Virus record (IMG/VR): IMGVR_UViG_3300037963_003836
DNA length: 64,000 nt
Source of the DNA: an uncultured virus (IMG/VR IMGVR_UViG_3300037963_003836)
Lineage: Duplodnaviria; Heunggongvirae; Uroviricota; Caudoviricetes
Reading direction: 5' to 3' (one strand)
The notes beneath the pieces were generated by a model that made no database searches, was not told the DNA's origin, and worked only from the letters and a program-made list of their open reading frames with translations. Both the position numbers and the translations under genes were made by a program. The stretch's first letter is position 1; the number at the start of each line of letters is the position of its first letter. Shown piece after piece: positions 49,737 through 61,737 of the stretch.

Positions 49737-50342
49737 TCATCTCAAATCTTTTTTCATGTCTCTCTTGACCACTTCCAAATACTTTTTTCGTTTCTTGTCT
49801 GATACAAACGGGACTGACCAAAATTGTTTTGTTTTTAACCATCTACTGATTTTCCATCCAAATACAAATGTAAATACACCCAATACCAATCTTAACTTAA
49901 CTGAATTTAAGTATAATGTCACAACGGGTAACATTGGTGCTCCATGAGTTATATATGTCCTAACTTTTTTATCACTTAAGTGTGGTTGTGGATATGCGTA
50001 TAGTTTCGTGATATTTTTGAAATTATATGCGAATCCAGGCGTTAAGACCTCGTCAAAGAATATTTCCATTCTTGGAGTTAGTCTGAACCACCAAACAGGT
50101 GATATGAAATAAATATGAGTTGACCAAGTTACCATTTTTTTGTATGATTCAATTAAATCCGTTCTTGGTCTTCTGAAACTATCTCTATATAAGTCTATGA
50201 TTTTAAAGTCTTCTGATTTCTTGTCCACTTCGTCAACAATGGTTTTGAATATCCCATTGTAACAAAATGATTTAGTATCGGGGTGTCCTATTACTATTAG
50301 TATTTTCTTTTCTTTCTTCACTCTTCGTTTACGATTTTCCAA
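49737..50342 (-). CDS. Flavodoxin-like NAD(P)H:quinone oxidoreductase
   Basis: ILIVIGHP..SF, IDLY and SPVWW..P..FFDEVL.PGFAY. Confidence 0.85.
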   Translation of the reverse strand: MENRKRRVKKEKKILIVIGHPDTKSFCYNGIFKTIVDEVDKKSEDFKIIDLYRDSFRRPRTDLIESYKKMVTWSTHIYFISPVWWFRLTPRMEIFFDEVLTPGFAYNFKNITKLYAYPQPHLSDKKVRTYITHGAPMLPVVTLYLNSVKLRLVLGVFTFVFGWKISRWLKTKQFWSVPFVSDKKRKKYLEVVKRDMKKDLR

Positions 50343-50483
50343 CTAAACGGAGTTCTGTTTCTCTGATACTGTCCCATACTCCATTCGATATCATCTGTTT
50401 CGATTGTTGTCATATATGGTGAATCATTTCGACCACCTGTTCTTGTTTCATCCGTTACTATTGGTGTTATTTCTATTATATAT

Positions 50484-50966
50484 TTAGTCATCCATTTCTA
50501 ATTTACGTTCAAAGTACTGAGCAGAGTCCTGAATCTCAGGATTCTGTTTGATTGTTTGCATTGCAATCATATCTTTCATTTTAGTTGTTGACCAACCATG
50601 TGCTCTTGTTGTGAACACAATCTTTGGTGGTAAGTCATCACCTGTAAATGATTTTCCGATATAATCCTCACCTAAGATTCTTATATCGGGTTTGAAAAAC
50701 TTAATCAATTCGTAAAGTTCTTCTTCCGTCTGATAAACATAAACCTCATCAATATATTGGATTGCCATCAATGTACGATATCTTTCGTACAATGGAATCA
50801 CGGGTTTATATTTTGACTTCCTATGAAGTGACGGGTCTCTTTGTAAAAACACTATGAAATGGTCACAGTGTCTTTTCGCCTCTTGAAAGGTGTATATATA
50901 GCCAGGATGAATCAAATCAAAATTACCTGCTGTACATCCTACTATTTTACTCTTTTTCTTTCCCAC
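50484..50966 (-). CDS. Glycerol-3-phosphate cytidylyltransferase-like protein
   Basis: AGNFDLIHPGY, ER, YIDEV, LGEDY and WSTT. Confidence 0.82.
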   Translation of the reverse strand: MGKKKSKIVGCTAGNFDLIHPGYIYTFQEAKRHCDHFIVFLQRDPSLHRKSKYKPVIPLYERYRTLMAIQYIDEVYVYQTEEELYELIKFFKPDIRILGEDYIGKSFTGDDLPPKIVFTTRAHGWSTTKMKDMIAMQTIKQNPEIQDSAQYFERKLEMDD

Positions 50967-51596
50967 GTTGTCCTAATAACTTCTTTTTCTTTTTTCTTAA
51001 ATCTTTTGGTAGGTCATCTTGACTTGGTGTATGTCCTGTCTCATCTATAACTCTTTGTATACAGAACAACCTCGCCTCTTTATCACCTGTACCCCACAAC
51101 CAACCGATACTACCTTTTAACTTCTTGATATCCTCGGTTATCTTGTCTAAGTTGTCTTGTAGTAATTGTTCATCACTTTTATCCAACTTGTAAGAAACTC
51201 CCAAATCACCTGCGAATTCTAACATTTTCATTAGATTTTGAGTTTCATATGCCTGAATCACCTTTTGAAAGGTCTCGTTATCACCACCTACGTCAGGATG
51301 TGCTTTAGTCGCAAGTCTCTTGTATAGATTCTTGACCTTTGTCGGCGCATTCTTAAGAAGAGTTCTCTGTCTATCGATTTCCTCTTCCCTTTGTTTTCTT
51401 TCTCGTTTTGCATTTTCATAGTGTATTGTTGGGTCATCTATTGTTGGTTTTGATTTCTTTTTTTTAGGATTGTCATAAAACTTTTTAAAATATTTGTCAA
51501 AATCCTTACAATAGGTCTGAAACTCTTCTTCAACCAATTCTCTCTCAAGTTTTAATACTTCAGATTTTAGTTTCAACAGTTTCAGTTTTTTGCTCA

Positions 51597-51597
<1 letters not shown>
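50947..51597 (-). CDS. J-domain (DnaJ-like) protein
   Basis: VKNLYKRLA.KAHPD.GG..E.F..V.QAY. Confidence 0.8.
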
Positions 51598-53195
<1,598 letters not shown>

Positions 53196-53804
53196 TTATT
53201 TACCTTTTTTTTGTTTTAATTTTGCTTGTTTTATTTGTTCTGCTCTCCACTGTGGTTGTTTACCTCTGATATTACCTCTTTGATTATGAAAACAATTGTA
53301 ACACAAAAATCTAATGTTTTCTCTTTTGTGATTTGTCCAATCGTCATCAATATGGTCAAGAATCAAAGGAATAGAACCATCTGTCAATCTTTTCTCTTTG
53401 TATCCACAACTGTGACATTCATGTGGAAATTCTAACTCAGGTTTATGTGAGTTGTTAATTAATCTTTTCTTCAATAAAAAAACAGGATACTTAGGATGTT
53501 TACCATCTAAAATGTCATTCAACGCGTATTTACCCTGAGTTACATTATATGGTTTCTTTACACCCTTACCTCTCTGATTCTTATGTAAGTCCCAAAGAGT
53601 TTTTCCTGTTTCTTCGTCTATGTAAGATTTTGAATACTTTTGATATGTGGTTAGTGATACATTAAGGAATCTAGCTGCACCTGAATTTGACTTCGAGTTC
53701 TTCATCGCATAACGAATCTGACTTTCAGTTAAGTTCAAGGGAGTTCTACCTTTCCCTAAAACATATCCATTTGGTAATTTAAAACCTTTTTTCATATCCT
53801 TCAT
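53196..53804 (-). CDS. HNH endonuclease
   Basis: CHSCG..LILDHIDDD..N...NIRFLCYNCF. Confidence 0.8.
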   Translation of the reverse strand: MKDMKKGFKLPNGYVLGKGRTPLNLTESQIRYAMKNSKSNSGAARFLNVSLTTYQKYSKSYIDEETGKTLWDLHKNQRGKGVKKPYNVTQGKYALNDILDGKHPKYPVFLLKKRLINNSHKPELEFPHECHSCGYKEKRLTDGSIPLILDHIDDDWTNHKRENIRFLCYNCFHNQRGNIRGKQPQWRAEQIKQAKLKQKKGK

Positions 53805-54048
53805 TTATATATAAATATGGGTTACCCATATTTTTCCACTATACTCTCTAAAAATTGGAAATCTCTGTGAGATAGTGTTAATCTTTTTTTCTGTACTTTT
53901 TCCTCTAAATCATACAGTCTCTTCTTGTCTTTATACGACCAAATACCTCGTATGTGTTTTGGATTCGAATAAAGAATTTCTTTTGCACTTCTTACAAAAT
54001 GGAAGTGTCTTGTTAGTTCAGTTTCTATAAGTCCATTCGTCCAAAAAA

Positions 54049-54396
54049 TCATTTCCACAATACTTGAATACTTAACAATGTAAATGCTAAGATTAGTGAT
54101 ACAACAACTTTTGGTGTGAATCCTTGATTAAAGTAATAAGACACACCCCATGCATAAACCATCATTCCAATACCAAATCCAAGGAATCTTGTTGGCCATA
54201 ATAGTCCATCAAATCCTTGAACTGCGAACTTTGTTCCGTAGATATAAAGAAGTGATATTGGTATTCCTGCAAGTGCTAATATATGTGGGTTATTTTTAAA
54301 CCATTCCCACTTGAACTGTCCATTCAATTGATGGAAAACTCCAAGGTGTCCTAATAAAAATAAAAATCCACCTAAGAGTAAATACTTAATGTTCAT
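54049..54396 (-). CDS. Small four-TM membrane protein
   Basis: Four hydrophobic segments. Confidence 0.6.
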   Translation of the reverse strand: MNIKYLLLGGFLFLLGHLGVFHQLNGQFKWEWFKNNPHILALAGIPISLLYIYGTKFAVQGFDGLLWPTRFLGFGIGMMVYAWGVSYYFNQGFTPKVVVSLILAFTLLSIQVLWK

Positions 54397-54552
54397 CTAA
54401 TTTGTTTTTGTGATTTTCATATGCTAATACATTAGGTAATCCTGAATAGTGACACCACTCTTTATAGTGATACTCATCGTCAAGATGTTTATCATTTGAT
54501 AGTGGGTCTTGTCCCGCCATCTGAAGGTCCTCTATCCACCTTTTTGTTGCAC

Positions 54553-54833
54553 TCATGATAATCTGATTAGTATTTCTTGTTCTCTGTATAAATTATACTT
54601 TTCACCTTCTAATCTAAGTTGGATTCCTGTATTAGGAACGATTACGGTGTCACCGATATTTAATTTCATCGGAATCTTTTTACCTGTGGATGTAAAGATA
54701 CCATCACCAACTGCGATTACTTCACCTTTCAGTTGTTCTTTGTTGGATTCAGGTTTGTATAATCCACCTTTAGTTTTTTCGTCTTCTTTGATTACCTTGA
54801 CTAACACATAGTCATTCAATGGTTCATAATTCA
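54553..54833 (-). CDS. groES: Co-chaperonin GroES (start 54833 preferred)
   Basis: PLNDYVLVK, KTKGGLY.P, GEVIAVGDG and GDTV. Confidence 0.93.
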
Positions 54834-55336
54834 TAACTTTTTCCTTTTTATTTGTACTAATATACAAAAATTTGCATTAATATCCAAACTTTACAGTTCG
54901 TTTTTTCTTAAAATGTTGATGACTTCACTTAAGTCCTCAAACTCGTTAAATACAATCTCACTGTCTGCGATTTCTACTGATACGTCTTCATCTACCCAAT
55001 CTTCGGAATCATTTGAAATAAATTCAAGTCCACCGATTGTTAGTGAGTAATAACAGAATTCATCTACCCCTTCTACCTCATCGAACCTTTTAAAACCAAG
55101 GTCCATTAAATCTTGTTCAGTCATCTAAGTCTCCTATCTTACGATATCAAAACTTTTGATACCGTCACAGTCCAAACAGACTTCAGTGTCTATCCTTCCC
55201 CTAACACATGAATCGTGTTCCCAAAGATATGCTGTATTCTTGGAACCACACTCACATTTAGAGTCAGTACAACTGATTCTACTGAACCGTTTAAGTTTCG
55301 GGTGGTTAATCCACTCCTCTCTTAAATATATCATAA

Positions 55337-55690
55337 CTATAGATTTACGTCATTAAAACCACCATTTTTCTGAACAATTATACCTTCTGCTCTTACTTCA
55401 TTAGGTTTTTTATCACTATTGTTGTTGATTAGGATTCTTTCGGCTCTACCGATTCCCATCACTAATTGATGGAATGGTATTCCTAAGATGTCCATTTCTT
55501 GAATTGTCTCGTGTCTCAAAGACTCAGGTCTTGCAGTAGTTAATACGATGTGGTATCCTTTTTTGAACCAACCAACCATTTTATCTACAACTCCTGGCAA
55601 TGCAACACTGTTAAACGGGTCAAGGTCTTCAAAGTTCACTTGGTGAACCAAAGTCCCATCGATGTCTGTGAAAATAGTTTTATTTGTCAT
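55337..55690 (-). CDS. HAD-family hydrolase
   Basis: DIDGTL and LTTAR. Confidence 0.78.
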   Translation of the reverse strand: MTNKTIFTDIDGTLVHQVNFEDLDPFNSVALPGVVDKMVGWFKKGYHIVLTTARPESLRHETIQEMDILGIPFHQLVMGIGRAERILINNNSDKKPNEVRAEGIIVQKNGGFNDVNL

Positions 55691-55762
55691 ATCATTACTT
55701 ATTTACATAGTAAATATAGGTATTTTTACCTACATTTCCAAATTTCTAATGTTAAATTATTG

Positions 55763-56329
55763 TTAATTTTTTCTTAATCTAAATCTTGGATTCAAATACT
55801 TTTCATACAACATACTTAGTTGTTCTTCTGATAAGTTCAAATCTAATGACCGTATTGTGTCTTTCGATTTATTAAAATCCGTTGTGTAAATGTCATTATA
55901 CCAAACCAATCTTGATGTAACAGTTTTTTTATGGAAATCTATTAACCACTTGTAATTGTTAAAAACATACTCCAAAGATTTTTTGGTTATATTTTCAGTT
56001 CCTTTGTACTCATTCAAATATCCGTGAACTATTGCGTTCTGATGACTTAATACAGTATCTCTCAAATTATCCCTCATCAATATTATAGTTCTATCAAACT
56101 TACTATAGTTTTTTTCAATCCAATCAGGACTGTGACCTGATAATGTTTTAAATATAACATTCTCACCAATCTCATCACCTTTTTGAAATGGTGGGTTTGT
56201 TTTGTAGTAACTTTTCCATAATTCTCTATTAAATGGTTCTAACACCATTTTATGATTCATAACGTCTGAAAGTCCGTAATGAAGAGAAGTACTACCACAT
56301 CTTCCGTGTCCTGTTAATAATATTTTCAT
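55763..56329 (-). CDS. Sulfotransferase-like protein
   Basis: GHGRCGSTSL (5'-PSB-like loop), EPF and LMRDN....VLS (3'-PB-like). Confidence 0.6.
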   Translation of the reverse strand: MKILLTGHGRCGSTSLHYGLSDVMNHKMVLEPFNRELWKSYYKTNPPFQKGDEIGENVIFKTLSGHSPDWIEKNYSKFDRTIILMRDNLRDTVLSHQNAIVHGYLNEYKGTENITKKSLEYVFNNYKWLIDFHKKTVTSRLVWYNDIYTTDFNKSKDTIRSLDLNLSEEQLSMLYEKYLNPRFRLRKN

Positions 56330-57018
56330 CCTACTGTATTTCTATCACACCACGGTTCATCTGTAACAAATGGTCCTGTTTCTGATGTTGGAATATATTC
56401 CCATGCTAAACTAAATCTTGTTCTATCAGATACATTTGGATAACAACCGTGAACTAAGTTTATATCAAAGAAAGTTGCGTATGGTGCAGGTCTTTCTAAA
56501 TCTATTATGTTAAACTTTTGTAGACTTGATTCACTAATCCATCTAATCCATGGGTCAACTTCACTACTCACATCATGTGGTAAAATACCGTGTTTATGTG
56601 AATTTTCTACAAGTCTCAAACATCCATTTTCTTTTGATGTATCTTCTAAGTATATTGCACAACTGACAATCTTACTACTGTCACCTTTGAAATAATAATT
56701 GTCTTGGTGCATAAATGTTGACATTCCAACTTTTGGTTTCATTGGGAAGAACTTACTGATGTACACGTCAATAGTATCTTCAGTATTTAATATCTCTTTT
56801 GCTTTTTTGACCAAAGTTGGATGTGATGCGATTTCTAAAAACTTTGGTTGGTAATTACACGCACCGTTTATCTTATTGAGATTGTCTTCACCATTCCACG
56901 AGAAATGTGGGTGTTGTTTACCGTGAGTACCTTCATATGTTTCTTTACATACATTTAAGTAATACTCGTGTTCATCTTTTGTCAGAAAATTATCAATAAG
57001 TTCGTAACCGTTTGTCAT
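56326..57018 (-). CDS. PhyH-family 2OG-Fe(II) dioxygenase
   Basis: HQD, ENGCL.....SH and VHG..PN.S..R. Confidence 0.85.
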   Translation of the reverse strand: MTNGYELIDNFLTKDEHEYYLNVCKETYEGTHGKQHPHFSWNGEDNLNKINGACNYQPKFLEIASHPTLVKKAKEILNTEDTIDVYISKFFPMKPKVGMSTFMHQDNYYFKGDSSKIVSCAIYLEDTSKENGCLRLVENSHKHGILPHDVSSEVDPWIRWISESSLQKFNIIDLERPAPYATFFDINLVHGCYPNVSDRTRFSLAWEYIPTSETGPFVTDEPWCDRNTVG

Positions 57019-57663
57019 CTACCAATTGTGAGGTTTTTTCGCTTCAGGATTATCAGTCCAACTCAATAATCTTGTATCTTCAATATCGTGTAGTATAATT
57101 GTCTTCGGACCTATTTTTTGGTCATAGAAGTATTCGTAACCAAGTAATTGAACATCGGTGTCCATTGTTTCTATGATTTTATCATTAAACATTCTACAAC
57201 CATTTGCCCAATATAGATTGTCATATGTAGATAGACACTCATTTACCATTCTTGAATTTGGTGCTGCCATATAAACTGTACAATCTACCAATGTATTATT
57301 TTCTTGTGAAGGTTTCATTCCTGAAACAAACGTATGTTGTGGACTTAATTTATCTAAGACTACATTAAAAGACTGAACAGGTTTTGCGTCTACATCAACA
57401 TAAATTCCACCGTGGTCCCTAAGTAGTAAAAGTCTTATCCTATCACAAATAAATGCCCATTTGTATAACTCGGGGTCTTTTGTATAGTTCTGAAGATATT
57501 CATCGTCTTTGTATTTCTCTTCAAATACTTCATTACCCCAAAGATAGTGAGTATAATCAGGGTGTAAATCTATCATTTCCTGAACAAACTGTTGACAGTG
57601 TTCAGGCATTTCATTATCACCCAACCATAACTGATGAATGATTTTAGGAATTTGTACGTCCAT
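57019..57663 (-). CDS. GT32-like DxD glycosyltransferase
   Basis: IPKIIHQLW, DRIRL..L..GGIYVDVD. Confidence 0.85.
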   Translation of the reverse strand: MDVQIPKIIHQLWLGDNEMPEHCQQFVQEMIDLHPDYTHYLWGNEVFEEKYKDDEYLQNYTKDPELYKWAFICDRIRLLLLRDHGGIYVDVDAKPVQSFNVVLDKLSPQHTFVSGMKPSQENNTLVDCTVYMAAPNSRMVNECLSTYDNLYWANGCRMFNDKIIETMDTDVQLLGYEYFYDQKIGPKTIILHDIEDTRLLSWTDNPEAKKPHNW

Positions 57664-57706
57664 ATATAACTTTCTTTATTTTATATAAATATGATTTTAA
57701 ATTTAA

Positions 57707-57919
57707 TCAAATTGATAGGTGACCTAATTTTTCGTGTAGTCTTTTCATATGTTTACACGGTGAATAAGGTCGGAACTGTCGTGCCATACACTCACAATCT
57801 GATATGTGGTAATCTACAACAGTTACATTGTAATAAGACAACTTACCTGTCTTCTTATTACGACTACCCATTTCTCTATACTGCCATTTCTTCATTTTCA
57901 TCTTCATTATAGAATTCAC
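57707..57919 (-). CDS. SWIM zinc-finger protein
   Basis: CEC...F...PCKH. Confidence 0.65.
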   Translation of the reverse strand: MNSIMKMKMKKWQYREMGSRNKKTGKLSYYNVTVVDYHISDCECMARQFRPYSPCKHMKRLHEKLGHLSI

Positions 57920-58220
57920 AACATTCTTTACAATCTGAACACCTACCGTAGTCGATGTCTCCTAACCATGGGGATGACCCACAACATTCTGATACATACA
58001 TAATTTTAATTTTTTAACCAATTATACAAACCTTTCCAATCTAACCCAAACAAGGCAACAAACCCCATCGTAGATGAAATACTAAAAACTCCTATCTCAT
58101 TTAACTCACTCTGAAAGTGAATGTACTTTTGTGCTATTCCGAATAACACGGTGTACGAAATAAAGAAGGAAACTAATGATGTTAATACAATTTGATAATT
58201 TTTCATAATATTCAATTTTT

Positions 58221-58286
58221 AAAAAAAAAGGTGGTTTGTTTCACAGGTTTTTGTCCCTTAAGTCTAACCACCTTAGGAAAAGACTT
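58221..58286 (-). terminator. Terminator-like stem with large loop and an alternative pairing
   Basis: AAGGTGGTT/AACCACCTT stem followed by a T run on the minus strand. Confidence 0.55.
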
Positions 58287-58295
58287 GCGTTTCTT

Positions 58296-58907
58296 TTACT
58301 TACCGTTTAGATGACCTAATGGATTTAAAACGTTACATATATTTTTGTATTCTTTATCGGTCATATAAGTTTTATTTTTAAGTAGGAACTCTGTTTTGTT
58401 TTTGTAATGGTCTTTCAATTCGTTCCACTCATTCATCCAATACTCAACTGTACCCCACTTTGGTTTATTGTTTACAAATACATAAGAAGGGAAGTACTTC
58501 ATTGGAGTACCGTTATCAGTAGTTGGGTCGTCAGTTCTGTATTCATAGATATCTTCCATACCATTGAAACTACCACCTTTGAACAGTTGAGAGAAGTTCT
58601 CTATTTGTTCGTAAATATCTTTATCTACTGATGAACCATCTTGGTTAGAAACGTAGATGTCACAAGAAGAACCACCACTGTATACTGAAGAAGTTGCCCA
58701 TACATTCAATAAGGGAAAGTTTTTCTTAACATATTGTTTGATTATTGAAGAACAATACTTTGCTCTCATTTGGATGTATGTTTCATCTTCCCACTGAGAA
58801 GAACCCTTGAATACCACTGCTGATTTTGGTAACTCGTAGTTTACACCTTGGATTGTTAATTTGATTTTTTTACTCATATTTTTTATTTTTAAACTCTTAT
58901 TACTCAT
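58296..58907 (-). CDS. LPD29-like (polyvalent-protein-associated) domain protein
   Basis: YSGGSSCDI and F.GGSFNGMEDIYEY. Confidence 0.5.
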   Translation of the reverse strand: MSNKSLKIKNMSKKIKLTIQGVNYELPKSAVVFKGSSQWEDETYIQMRAKYCSSIIKQYVKKNFPLLNVWATSSVYSGGSSCDIYVSNQDGSSVDKDIYEQIENFSQLFKGGSFNGMEDIYEYRTDDPTTDNGTPMKYFPSYVFVNNKPKWGTVEYWMNEWNELKDHYKNKTEFLLKNKTYMTDKEYKNICNVLNPLGHLNGK

Positions 58908-58980
58908 TCTTACACTACTAATATCGTTAATATTCTTGACAATTCCAAATTTTTAATGTTAAATAATTGTTAAATTTTTG

Positions 58981-59349
58981 TTAAAAATATGTTAACAAAG
59001 ACTCTTCTTTAACCTTATTATATTCGTTAGCGTCCACTTTTATTCCAAGTTTATTTGCAATATCCAATCCTTTGTCCCACGCATTCACCTCATTTATGAA
59101 TTTGTACATATTAAACTTTTTTGGGGATTTATCCTCATCAATTTCTTTAAAATAGTTTTCATATTTATTTTGATAAGCATGTCCAACTTCGTGTAGTAAC
59201 GTATAAAGACCGTTCTTTTTCAGATTATGATTATGGTGAATAAAGATAGTTTTGTTCTTATGTCCCATAAACGCGGTTATCTGACCCATTTTAACATCTA
59301 TTCCTAAATCGTCCTTGACGTACTTAGAAACCTTTTGAAAGTCTGTCAC
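58981..59349 (-). CDS. HExxH zincin-like protein
   Basis: LLHEVGH...EVNAW. Confidence 0.7.
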   Translation of the reverse strand: MTDFQKVSKYVKDDLGIDVKMGQITAFMGHKNKTIFIHHNHNLKKNGLYTLLHEVGHAYQNKYENYFKEIDEDKSPKKFNMYKFINEVNAWDKGLDIANKLGIKVDANEYNKVKEESLLTYF

Positions 59350-59735
59350 TATATAAACTTTATGTAATCTTTTTCGTAACTTATTGCTTCTTTTTCATAT
59401 GGGTGAGATACATAATCGTGACCCATATTGTAATATCTTTTGAACCAAATCGGTGATTGTAAGTAGTGAATGTATTCGTGAATCAAAGTCTGAATAACCA
59501 TCTTCTTACTTTTCATATTAGGATAGTAAACAGTAATCTCATTCATATCACTACAATACTCAGCGTGACATCCACTCTCCTCACCATCAGAACCTTCTTC
59601 ACCACTATACTTTTCGTAAATGTTTTTGTGTAACTCAACATAAGGAGTACACTCTTGGAACTTTGAGAATCCATAATGGTTCTCTATCTTTGGAAGAACC
59701 TCGTTAATTATTTCTTGAACTTTTGATTTTTTCAT
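59349..59735 (-). CDS. HExxH zincin-like protein
   Basis: LIHEYIHYLQ...HPYEKEA. Confidence 0.7.
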   Translation of the reverse strand: MKKSKVQEIINEVLPKIENHYGFSKFQECTPYVELHKNIYEKYSGEEGSDGEESGCHAEYCSDMNEITVYYPNMKSKKMVIQTLIHEYIHYLQSPIWFKRYYNMGHDYVSHPYEKEAISYEKDYIKFI

Positions 59736-59806
59736 ATCTCTTAATCTTACACTACTAATATCGTCATAATTTGTGACAATTCCAAATTTTTAATGTTAAA
59801 TTTATG

Positions 59807-60481
59807 TTAAATTTTTCTGTGTTTAAATTGTGGATTTGATATCTCATTGGGTGGTTCCCACTGATAATGTTTTTCATCTTTCATGTATCCAAAGTTTATG
59901 TAGTCATCAAGAAATCTATCATAACATACTTGTCTGAGGTGTTCTTCATCGAATGGAATCGGTGGTGTATAAGTTTTACCAACAGTTGGTACCACAACAT
60001 CTTCAGGGATAAACCAAAGTTTTTTTAAAGATACTTCAAGATTTTCCGCTCTAATTAGAAAATCTATTTGTTTTGATGTATTATTTATTAGATTCCAAAG
60101 TCCCCAACCATTTATCCAATCCTGTGACATATTTTGTAAACATTCAATTGGTCCATTTTTTGGGTCTATCATTTCGTGAAGTTCACCACCATATCCATAC
60201 TTCCAATAACTTAACCACCTATAATATGGATGTCTAATACTTGCAATATGCATATAATCTTTACCTGCTAATTCAGGCCAATTGTTTACATGAGTAAAAT
60301 CAGATGTATGTTCATCAGAGGGCCAATCAGGATTCAAATTACAATACTTTCTAAAAACATCTTTTACCGACCTTGATGCTACTTTAGCAGGTGCGGTCCA
60401 AACGAATTTATATTTGTGACTTATATTTGCACCTCTTTTGAGTGGGTCTATCATAGAGTAATGTGATGAGAAGTTAACCAA
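59807..60481 (-). CDS. Sulfotransferase family 2-like protein
   Basis: KVASRS, IRHPY.RWLSYW, IRAENL and D..NFGY. Confidence 0.7.
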   Translation of the reverse strand: MVNFSSHYSMIDPLKRGANISHKYKFVWTAPAKVASRSVKDVFRKYCNLNPDWPSDEHTSDFTHVNNWPELAGKDYMHIASIRHPYYRWLSYWKYGYGGELHEMIDPKNGPIECLQNMSQDWINGWGLWNLINNTSKQIDFLIRAENLEVSLKKLWFIPEDVVVPTVGKTYTPPIPFDEEHLRQVCYDRFLDDYINFGYMKDEKHYQWEPPNEISNPQFKHRKI

Positions 60482-60984
60482 GTTGTAAATGTATATCGTA
60501 CACCCGATGTTACGGTATGTGCCTCGTGTTTTATATCTGAATCAAATATTATGACGTTTCCTCTTGTTGTATTCATAACAGTTTGTTCAGTCCCGTGATA
60601 CAGTGTTAATCCCCCACCCTCAAAATCACTTGGGTTTGAAAGATTAATAATTAGAGTCTTTAATCTATCTGAGTATAGTCTTTTGGTTTTATCAACGTGT
60701 TTTTTAAAATAGTTACCTGTTTCGTACTTATTGATTCTTGCTGTACTTAGTAGACCTTGAATGTTCCACTTTCCTATTTTATTTAGTAACATCGTCTTTA
60801 ATGAATCAGAAAGTTCATACTTACCTTCAGATGCTTTTCTATGTGAATCATCTGAGTATCCGTAGTTGATTTCAGTACCCTGTCCTTTTTGGACTAACGT
60901 TGCTGAATTCCATTCAGTTACACCATCTATTAGACTTTGACATTCACTATCTGTAAATAAAACCTCTTGAACTATTCTATCCAT
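60451..60984 (-). CDS. 2OG-Fe(II) oxygenase (prolyl-4-hydroxylase-like)
   Basis: HVD, FEGG.L and HEA..VTSGVRY. Confidence 0.85.
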   Translation of the reverse strand: MDRIVQEVLFTDSECQSLIDGVTEWNSATLVQKGQGTEINYGYSDDSHRKASEGKYELSDSLKTMLLNKIGKWNIQGLLSTARINKYETGNYFKKHVDKTKRLYSDRLKTLIINLSNPSDFEGGGLTLYHGTEQTVMNTTRGNVIIFDSDIKHEAHTVTSGVRYTFTTWLTSHHITL

Positions 60985-61568
60985 TATTTCTCCGTATTAA
61001 AAAAGAATGTTTGGAACAACCTTCCATCATATTTATCTTGACCAAAATAATCTAATGATTGATGAAAGAAATCACCTCTATAAATTATCAGTCTATTATA
61101 TATATTCGCAAATTTATCTACAAGTTCCCATTTTGTATAATCTTGTGAATCTTTATATATTTTATCTAATAACTCACGGTCTGTTTCACCATTTTCTAAT
61201 CGAGGACATTCTATTAATCCTGTAGGTTTGTGTTTAAAAATACCTGTTCCCGAACTGAGTGGTGCATTTGGTGTTAAAAAACAAACACCTGCCCATCTTG
61301 TTGTTTGGTCACAGTGAATCCAACTTCTATCTCTTGATGTTGTAAATTGGTACGAACCTGTATATTCTTCGTCACCCCAAAATATAACATTACCCCATCT
61401 TGGTGAGATAACATCATTAATTACTTGTTTTACTGAATCGTTTAAAAATGATTTGGTTCGAGGGCCTGGATAGTTTCCTCGTACACTGAAATCTTGTTCT
61501 AATGCAAACTGTCTTACTTCATCGACATTACTATAGAACTCATCTATGATAAATGCGTTTACTCTCAT
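60984..61568 (-). CDS. 2OG-Fe(II) oxygenase-like protein (DUF6445-like)
   Basis: IIDEFY..D.VR..AL, IHCD, YNRLIIY...FH and RLFQ.FF. Confidence 0.7.
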   Translation of the reverse strand: MRVNAFIIDEFYSNVDEVRQFALEQDFSVRGNYPGPRTKSFLNDSVKQVINDVISPRWGNVIFWGDEEYTGSYQFTTSRDRSWIHCDQTTRWAGVCFLTPNAPLSSGTGIFKHKPTGLIECPRLENGETDRELLDKIYKDSQDYTKWELVDKFANIYNRLIIYRGDFFHQSLDYFGQDKYDGRLFQTFFFNTEK

Positions 61569-61737
61569 AACTACTTTCTAAATCTAAATCGTTCTAAATC
61601 TTCTCGATTGATTCCAATGTACTCTTGGAGTCGCTCCTAAGAACTTTTTACCTGCTACTCTGTCGTTGAAATCGTTACGGACTTGATTTAGTTGTGTATT
61701 TCCGTTGTCTTGATTTTTAATGTTGCTCATTTACGTT

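Noticed and set aside
56326..61568. 2OG oxygenases as the TET/JBP enzyme behind the GpC signature
   Set aside because: Their motifs fit PhyH, prolyl-hydroxylase-like and DUF6445-like families, and there is no adjacent cytosine MTase.
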